DNA of 63,975 bases, the filler included, from Octopus bimaculoides (Eukaryota): the NCBI RefSeq assembly GCF_001194135.2. It is 4 parts of 4 records of this genome, joined end to end, with 100 filler letters (N's around TTAATTAATTAA, not from the genome) between each part and the next. Parts side by side here need not be neighbours in the genome. Positions count along the whole stretch, not along the records: positions 55,884 to 63,975 come from NC_069007.1; 3 more parts are not named here. The stretch is one strand, 5' to 3'. Shown in pieces: positions 55,784 through 63,975 of the stretch (positions within the stretch are counted from its first letter, which is position 1; every line of letters begins with the position of its first letter). Position numbers and translations under genes: made by a program. Under the pieces are notes generated by a model that worked only from the letters and a program-made list of their open reading frames with translations, did no database searches and was not told the origin of the DNA.

Positions 55784-56948
55784 NNNNNNNNNNNNNNNNN
55801 NNNNNNNNNNNNNNNNNNNNNNNNNNNTTAATTAATTAANNNNNNNNNNNNNNNNNNNNNNNNNNNNNNNNNNNNNNNNNNNNCTTTATCGTGCAGTTAC
55901 TGTTAATACTTCATTTAGAGAATTAACATTGCTTGTTTTCACCTTTTCAATATCAGTGAAGAATTTCACTGGAAAAGAAGATATAAGTTTGCCAGGTTTT
56001 TGTCTCTCTCACCAAGGTCATCAGCTGTCGGACGCCGACGAAGGGAAATAACCCTGAAATCCGGATACGTTCGTGCTGCAGATCGAGGTGAGAGGGATAA
56101 CTTCCCTTGGCAAACAGGACACAGTCGTGTGTCGATAAGCCAGCTGGAGGAGATGTCCTCCTGGGGCTAAAAGCAACAGTAACATCCACCCCTAGGGGTC
56201 AGCCACACTTAAGTGGCAATATACTACACTTTATATATATATATATATGTACATATGTATATATTTACATATGTGTACATATATGTATGTACATATACAT
56301 ATATACATACATATGTATGTGTGTGTGTGTGTGTGTGTGTGTTTGTGTGTGTGTGTAGTTTTAGTCAAAAGTCGAAACACAAAGATGAATTTCAGTATTT
56401 TTCTAAATATGTTTTGCTATAAATAAAGCAAGTACTTATCTCCCAGATAATTGCCAGCAACACAGTTAATTAATCTATATTACATGTTATGATATATAAA
56501 CGATGAAATATTATTTTATAATTTCGGTTTCTCTTTGACATTTAAGATACAGCAAAGATACATGAATATTTTATACATTCGTGGCACTGTCATGAACAGC
56601 TAAAATCGTTGTGTTTGGCGTAGCAATGGTCTTACGTTTATGAAACCATCAATACCAGTATCGACTCGGCAGAATATTCCATGTAAATCATTTGGTTAAT
56701 CCTGTCTGATCTTGGTTAATCAGGTAACACTGAGATGATAAAGATATCGGGAGGTTGCCTTACGGTGGCTGTGGATCATAAGGTGTGAATCCTAGAAGGT
56801 GCAGTACTACCAGGAGTAGGGCTAAGTGGACACAGACTGGGGCTCGACCAGCCTCGGTTAGGTTACCACTGCGCGCGCGTGCGTGTGTGTATAGATCGAA
56901 CCATGAGAATGAGTGCTCAGCACCGCAGTAGTGGATAAAGATTCATTA

Positions 56949-57098
56949 TTTGTAGATTAAGGCTACCATTGGTTTCATGTTAAAAAAGCCCGGTGTTCGT
57001 CTTCATTGTCAAGGCGAACACGGATGTCCCATGGGATATGCTTGGTAATTGTGAAGGGCTTCTTTAACATGAAACCAATGGTAGCCTTAATCTACAAA
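56949..57098. mobile_element. MITE-like hairpin, 150 bp, 43-bp TIRs, TA flanks
   Basis: TA|tttgtagattaaggctaccattggtttcatgttaaaaaagccc ... gggcttctttaacatgaaaccaatggtagccttaatctacaaa|TA; 1 mismatch between arms. Confidence 0.85.
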
Positions 57099-57209
57099 TA
57101 TGAGACCTGGTATGTTAATTACAGCGGATGTATACATCAAACAATTGGATGAAATGACGACCGAGTCATGACTAAGCAATTTCTAATGCCTAATTACTTT
57201 CCACCCACA

Positions 57210-57245
<36 letters not shown>

Positions 57246-57780
57246 NNNNNNNNNNNNNNNNNNNNNNNNNNNNNNNNNNNNNNNNNNNNNNNNNNNNNNN
57301 NNNNNNNNNNNNNNNNNNNNNNNNNNNNNNNNNNNNNNNNNNNNNNNNNNNNNNNNNNNNNNNNNNNNNNNNNNNNNNNNNNNNNNNNNNNNNNNNNNNN
57401 NNNNNNNNNNNNNNNNNNNNNNNNNNNNNNNNNNNNNNNNNNNNNNNNNNNNNNNNNNNNNNNNNNNNNNNNNNNNNNNNNNNNNNNNNNNNNNNNNNNN
57501 NNNNNNNNNNNNNNNNNNNNNNNNNNNNNNNNNNNNNNNNNNNNNNNNNNNNNNNNNNNNNNNNNNNNNNNNNNNNNNNNNNNNNNNNNNNNNNNNNNNN
57601 NNNNNNNNNNNNNNNNNNNNNNNNNNNNNNNNNNNNNNNNNNNNNNNNNNNNNNNNNNNNNNNNNNNNNNNNNNNNNNNNNNNNNNNNNNNNNNNNNNNN
57701 NNNNNNNNNNNNNNNNNNNNNNNNNNNNNNNNNNNNNNNNNNNNNNNNNNNNNNNNNNNNNNNNNNNNNNNNNNNNNNNN

Positions 57781-57813
<33 letters not shown>

Positions 57814-57818
57814 CAAAG

Positions 57819-57931
57819 ATGCTTACAGTACCTAGGTTTCCCGTGCGGTCACCCATCTAAGTACTAACTAGGCTCGACGTTGCTTAACTTCGGTGATAGG
57901 ACGAGAACCGGTGTTCTCAACGTGATATGAC
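57819..57931 (-). rRNA. Dispersed 5S rRNA copy, 5'-truncated by a few nt, probable pseudogene
   Basis: Minus reads catatcacgttgagaacaccggttctcgtcctatcaccgaagttaagcaacgtcgagcctagttagtacttagatgggtgaccgcacgggaaacctaggtactgtaagc, a metazoan 5S sequence with box A/IE/box C and cctag/ctagg pairing. The 5' end is missing and there is no clear oligo-T terminator. Confidence 0.92.
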
Positions 57932-58110
57932 GCTTGTTCTAGTGGTTAGGGTGTTGTTCTTGCCGTCGTGGTTTCGATTTCCAGACAAGTGGTACGTTGT
58001 ATTCATGCGCAAAATATTTCACTTCACGTGGTTCCAGTTGAAAGACTCGAAACACCAAACGATCCCTGGAAACATTGTTGATACTGTGTACAGGTGCATC
58101 ACATGATGAT
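57932..58110 (+). mobile_element. tRNA-derived SINE family C, degraded
   Basis: ctagtggttagggtg (box A), ggtttcgatttcc (box B), gttgtattcatgcgcaaaatatttcacttcacg. Confidence 0.55.
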
Positions 58111-58232
58111 GTATGCCAAAACTAGATCTTACACTGATAATAATCCGTCCTGAACACTTGAGACGATGCATGGGTTCGTATTAAGAAACAAAATTCCTGC
58201 TCGCACGGTTTTATCACTTTTATATTTAACAG

Positions 58233-58351
58233 AGAAGACATTATAGACTTGGACACAGGAAATAACACCGGATTGCTGCAAAAATTTTTATCGAAGTTTA
58301 GTCGACACCGACGGAAATCCATTAGAAGTTAAAACTTTTGGCCAAGATCAG
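58233..58351 (+). CDS. Candidate exon: EDIIDLDTGNNTGLLQKFLSKFSRHRRKSIRS* (terminal), or EITPDCCKNFYRSLVDTDGNPLEVKTFGQDQ via a downstream acceptor
   Basis: Very strong acceptor ttttatcacttttatatttaacag; possible donor CAG|gtgtgt at 58351; reading frame ambiguous. Confidence 0.4.
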
Positions 58352-58596
58352 GTGTGTGTGTATACGTGTACCTACGTGTATGTTTGTATGTTTGTATGTA
58401 TTTACGTATATACGCATGTATCTATGTATGAATATATGTGTGTGTATGCATACACACACACACACACACACACACACATATGAAATTAATAAAATAGCCG
58501 TTTGCAACGTTATACTGTAAAGGAAAATTATAGACATCAACTAAACTTGACTAAGAGTGTAAATAACACCTACATTGCTAGAAATAGGAGCTAAAA

Positions 58597-58800
58597 TGCT
58601 TCAATTCTGTTACAAAGCACATAGCATATATTCTGATAGGGGCTGCAATCGTCCCGAACACCGAGCTGGCCTTACTGAAGATGGCGACAGAAAAAACTGA
58701 AACTGGCCGGTCAGGCTAAAGTATTCTCGATTCGGTGTTCGGGGCGATTGCAGCCCCTATCAGGTTATATATTTTATGTGTTTTGTAACAGCATTGGAGC
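58597..58800. repeat. Fold-back element with about 68-bp inverted arms (inner 32 bp near-perfect)
   Basis: 58633-58664 ctgataggggctgcaatcgtcccgaacaccga pairs with 58732-58763 (one G-U); imperfect outer arms 58597-58632 and 58764-58800. Confidence 0.92.
58669..58716 (+). ncRNA. Degenerate minimal type I hammerhead-ribozyme-like motif in the fold-back loop
   Basis: GCCT-ta-CTGAAGA-tggcgacagaaaaaact-GAAA-C-tggccg-GTC-AGGC: core boxes, GUC triplet, stem I GCCT/AGGC, near-palindromic stem III ACTGGCCGGT. Stem II is weak and stem I is offset by 2 nt. Confidence 0.55.
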
Positions 58801-59268
58801 AGTGTAACTCACAATCAAAGGAGGTGAATTAAATATCGCCATTTTGTTTTCTTAAGGAAAAAAAACAAACAAACATGGCGAATGTCTTACTGTGTTTTCT
58901 TTTTATGTTCACTTGTAACACTTTAAACGGGACGTTAATGGGATCGAGGTCACTGATTTGTAAAGGGAAATTGCAAGGTCATGGACACAACTCATTCCTC
59001 CAGATGCAGCAAATAATATCCCTAAATCGAAAAAGAGGGGAAGAAGGGACAAGGAGAGGAAGAGACTTAGTGACCATCCTGACGTGCTAGTAATATATTG
59101 GATTACATCGCCTAATGTGCTCTTCCTACATTGAAGACGTTAACAGGTGATACTAGGAAGATTTGGTTACTGTTTCTAGCAAGTCGAGTGACATCGTGGT
59201 GGTTTCTTGATCCACTTCATTCATAACTTACTGTCATTGTTGCTGTTGTTGTTATTGTAGTCGTTAAA

Positions 59269-59480
59269 GGTGGCAGGCTAGCAGAATCGTTAGCACACCA
59301 GGTAAGGTGTTAGGCGGCATCTCATCAGTCTTCTGGTTCTGAGTTCAAATTCTGTCGAGGTCGACTTTGCCTCTCATCCTTTCGGAGTTGATAAAATAAG
59401 TACCAGTTGTATACTGGGGGCGATGTAATCGACCTACTCCCTCCCCCGTAATTGCTGGCCTTGTGCCAAAATTTGAAACC
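59269..59480 (+). mobile_element. SINE family A
   Basis: gcagaatcgttagcacacc...gagttcaaattctgtcgaggtcgactttgcctctcatcctttcggagttgataaaataagtaccag...ggccttgtgccaaaatttgaaacc. Confidence 0.9.
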
Positions 59481-59578
59481 TGTATTAGGAAGATTTGGTT
59501 ATTATTTCTAGCAAGTCGAGCGTCCACGTTATGATTTCTTGGCCCGGTTCACTGATAAGTTGCTTTTGTTGTTGCTGC

Positions 59579-59633
<55 letters not shown>

Positions 59634-60618
59634 GGTGTTGTTGACGTTGCTGCTGTCGCTAATGCTGTAGTTATTTAGGCCCGAATTTGCCCTTAGCAAA
59701 TCAAAACAATCTCACAATCAGAACTACTTCATCTGAGATCATTCCTTACGTTTGCTTCCCAATCCAACCCTTGGACTACAATATCCAATGCATGCGTCCT
59801 CCCCCACCCGCCGTTTCTTTTGAAAACAGAGGAGTGTGAGTTGAGGGACATTTGGCTGTTATTTCTTGCAAGATGAGTGGACAGGAAAAAGTTACCTCGT
59901 TTCACTGTTAGGTTTATAGGAGAGAGAGAGAGAGGAAGGGAGAAAGAAGAGGAGAAGGGTGAGATTGGGAGGGGTAGAGAGAGGATGGAGACAGAGTGAC
60001 AGAGGAGAGAGAGTGGTAGAGGAGAGAGAGGGAGAGAGGGAAGATAAAGAAATCGGAAGTTGAGAAGGGTATGAGGAAGAGAGAGAGAAGGAGAGAGAAA
60101 AGAGAGGGAGAAGTGAGAGAGGGAAAATGTGCTTTAAATTAACCGAAGTCCTGCTGTGTTTTTTCTTCCCGGTCAGATAATAAAGCTGAGAAAGAGCACC
60201 ACACTCGTATATATAGAGATACGAAACTACTGCTGTGTATTGGGGAATAGAAAAATAAAAACCTACATTTGAAAGTTTATCCGGACGTCGTTCGACCGAC
60301 TGACATTTTAACCGGCCTCTTGCAGTGAAGAACTAAAGTGGCGGCTCTACTATGGTCGGGTGATTATCTTATCGACTAGTAAGACGAACACTTCGTGCTA
60401 TTTAGTGTATAAAGGTCAGAAAACGAAGAGTAATTCCCTTAAGTGTAAATATACGTCCATCTGCTCACGCGTTCATTCATACATTTACCACGCGTCGTCG
60501 GTGTTGGGTGTATGTGTGTGTGGAAACACGTATCATCAAACACACAGACATAGTAATGATGATGTGTGTGAGAGTGAATGGATGTGAGTGAGTGAGCGTG
60601 TGCGCGCGTGCGCGAGTA

Positions 60619-60668
<50 letters not shown>

Positions 60669-60868
60669 ATTGTAGATATACAGTTCCAAACGTATTTATC
60701 AATAATTTAGCTAAACATATATATGTGTATATGCTGCGGTATCTATATTTACATCTGTTACAAGTCTGTGCATATATGTGGTCATAAATAGACACACACA
60801 CACACACACACACACACGTATATCTATATACATACACACACATATATATACATATACATGTATAGGTA

Positions 60869-60915
<47 letters not shown>

Positions 60916-61200
60916 ATATATATATAAATATGCACATATATTCATATGTATGCGTGTATGTATATATATATGCATATAGGTGTATGTGTGTGTATATATA
61001 TATATATATTATATATGTGTTATGTATGCATATGTATGTATGTATGTGCATATGTATGTGTATGTTTGTATGTATGTATGTGTTTATGCAAATTTAGGTA
61101 TGCTCATGTTTGTGCGTGTGGAGTGGTGAGTTAGTTACGTTGAATTTATCGAAATATATATATGTATTTATGTGTGTGTGTGCGTGTGTTTGTGTGTGTT

Positions 61201-61237
<37 letters not shown>

Positions 61238-61779
61238 AAGAGAGAGTATATATATCGTCTTTACTAATTTATTATTTGTAATAGTTATATAGGTTATATA
61301 TAGCGCTTACCCTTACCCTAACATTAACCACACCATCTCCAGCCACCCATCCACCCACCTACTCTTCCACCCAGTCATTTATACTTATATTCGTTCATTG
61401 ATTCTAATATACATTCTAATGTACATACATTCAAACATACCAATTATGAATGCATATGGTTGTGAGAGCAATCTGGGATAGGGTGAAAGAAGAAACTCCA
61501 ACCAATAAAGTTATTATATCAAGATCGATGGATCAAAAGAATTTTAGTGGAAGCTAATGATTAAAACATAACACCAAATTAAAATACAATCGACCTTTTA
61601 TTGTAGTTTGGGATTTCAAACTAACAACTTGGTCTGTTGTCTGAGTTAGGGTCCCACTTGGCCTCAATGTGGTGAGATAAATACAGGAAAAAGAAGACGT
61701 CTATGGATCGTTGATGAAGAACCAGGATAGAAAATATGCTTTTAGGTTTAAAGCCGTTATTACTGGAATATCAAGATAT

Positions 61780-62400
61780 TTTATGTGTTAGGTCACTTGT
61801 GAGGTCTCTCGTGAGTACAACTGATGACAGGGAATTTAGTACAACCTGCAGCATGGTCGGGTCATCGGCGACTAAACCGGCACCCTTCCTCCCACTAGGC
61901 TTGTCTGGGGAGGAGGGTTGATAGAAACCGAGCAGGACTAAAAAAACAAAATCTGTCAAAAGGACGGATGATCCTAGTGTAGGTTCAATGACTATCTAGC
62001 AATAGCATGGGCCCTCAGAAATTCCAGGCTGGTGTCTGGCGTATTGGAGTAAGGCACCCTTTAGCTTTTGTTAAATCATGTCTCTAGAACCCGCTTCAAC
62101 CCGGGGCTACATCTGCTCCGATAAGTGGCAGTGACTTGGTCAGCGAATCTTCAACGACGGTCGACAATCGACGGCAAGACGAGTTCCTATGGATCACACT
62201 ATCTCAAAGTGTGTATGTGACCGGAGAACACATGTGAACTTATTTTCCCGCTGAAACTTCGGACATGAATTACCTCGTTCGTCGAAGCTGGCTCTAAACA
62301 CCTCTGGGTGAATGCCGTCGCAAGTACAAGCACAGGTTATATCAGGGTATGTATCCAGTCGCTTGGATCAACGAATGCTGGACTTAGGGTGCGTATGGTA
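61780..62400 (+). mobile_element. GC-elevated repeat-like remnant, possibly a LINE 5' region
   Basis: Abrupt GC increase and no sustained ORF; recognition is impressionistic only. Confidence 0.3.
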
Positions 62401-63736
62401 CTTGGGGAAAGATTGTAACATCATAATTCTTTATACTACAAAGAGTACGACATCTGGGACAATAAAATGTGCATAAATAGACACACATGTATATATATAT
62501 ATATATANNNNNNNNNNNNNNNNNNNNNNNNNNNNNNNNNNNNNNNNNNNNNNNNNNNNNNNNNNNNNNNNNNNNNNNNNNNNNNNNNNNNNNNNNNNNN
62601 NNNNNNNNNNNNNNNNNNNNNNNNNNNNNNNNNNNNNNNNNNNNNNNNNNNNNNNNNNNNNNNNNNNNNNNNNNNNNNNNNNNNNNNNNNNNNNNNNNNN
62701 NNNNNNNNNNNNNNNNNNNNNNNNNNNNNNNNNNNNNNNNNNNNNNNNNNNNNNNNNNNNNNNNNNNNNNNNNNNNNNNNNNNNNNNNNNNNNNNNNNNN
62801 NNNNNNNNNNNNNNNNNNNNNNNNNNNNNNNNNNNNNNNNNNNNNNNNNNNNNNNNNNNNNNNNNNNNNNNNNNNNNNNNNNNNNNNNNNNNNNNNNNNN
62901 NNNNNNNNNNNNNNNNNNNNNNNNNNNNNNNNNNNNNNNNNNNNNNNNNNNNNNNNNNNNNNNNNNNNNNNNNNNNNNNNNNNNNNNNNNNNNNNNNNNN
63001 NNNNNNNNNNNNNNNNNNNNNNNNNNNNNNNNNNNNNNNNNNNNNNNNNNNNNNNNNNNNNNNNNNNNNNNNNNNNNNNNNNNNNNNNNNNNNNNNNNNN
63101 NNNNNNNNNNNNNNNNNNNNNNNNNNNNNNNNNNNNNNNNNNNNNNNNNNNNNNNNNNNNNNNNNNNNNNNNNNNNNNNNNNNNNNNNNNNNNNNNNNNN
63201 NNNNNNNNNNNNNNNNNNNNNNNNNNNNNNNNNNNNNNNNNNNNNNNNNNNNNNNNNNNNNNNNNNNNNNNNNNNNNNNNNNNNNNNNNNNNNNNNNNNN
63301 NNACAACAAACAGAGAAATGAGACATGCAACATAAAGAATATTACCCATCTTCAGTTGTCCCTGTTTCATCTACTCCGCGTTTCGAAGGCAAGGACAATA
63401 CGCGACTTCGTTGGAGCAGTCCTTCCCGCAAGCAAATTTATTAAAATTTGGGAATTTTTGCGGAGGGTGAAAGTGTAAACAAGAACAGGACAGTGAGAAC
63501 AAGGCAGTAAAAACAAGACAGGACAGTGACAACAAACTTTAAGGGCTGTTAGGCCAAGACGATAGAAAAATTATTTTGAACGCGAAGTTAGATGTGAATG
63601 AGAGAAAAAAAAATTCACGTCTTTTCTGTTGGAAGGCAGGAAGTAGAAAGAAAGAATCCCTTTCGTCACGTGTCAGCGACGAGAGGGTCAAGGAGGAGGA
63701 GTGAGAGAGGTCTCTTCCTTTCACCGTTCCCTCTCT

Positions 63737-63975
63737 CATGTATGTATGTATGTACGTATGTATGTATGTCTGTATATATGTATGTATGTATGTAGGTATG
63801 TATATATGTACGTACGTATGTATATATGTATGTACATACGTATGCATGTATGTATGTACGTACGTACGTATGTATGTATGTATGTATGTATGCATGTATG
63901 TATATATGTACGTACGTATGTATGTATGTATCTACGTACATACGTATGTATGTATGTACGTACGTACGTACGTAC
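63737..63975. repeat. (TATG)n/(TACG)n compound tetranucleotide microsatellite
   Basis: Direct repeat runs to the window end. Confidence 0.95.

Overview
AT-rich, microsatellite-saturated eukaryotic DNA from a gapped short-read assembly. The SINE types and repeat landscape look cephalopod, most likely Octopus; this is inferred from pattern recognition, not a database match. Almost all ORFs in the supplied track are artefacts of microsatellites or N-gaps. Supportable content: (1) many tRNA-derived SINEs of at least three families; (2) a stack of four same-strand 3' ends of R4/Dong-like restriction-endonuclease LINEs at (TAA)n/(GAA)n tracts (9.5-11.1 kb), with further R4-like fragments at 51.3-52.5 kb; (3) a Penelope-like RT fragment, a CR1/L2-group remnant, two decayed Tc1/mariner transposases and two TA-flanked MITEs; (4) a dispersed 5S rRNA copy; (5) several exon candidates with good splice signals on both strands, whose host genes I could not identify. 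The most interesting signal is two unrelated fold-back elements (58.6-58.8 kb and 27.77-27.94 kb). Each holds a degenerate minimal hammerhead-ribozyme-like motif in the loop between long inverted arms, suggesting Penelope-related non-autonomous elements. No CRISPR array, intact tRNA gene or complete protein-coding gene was recognised.
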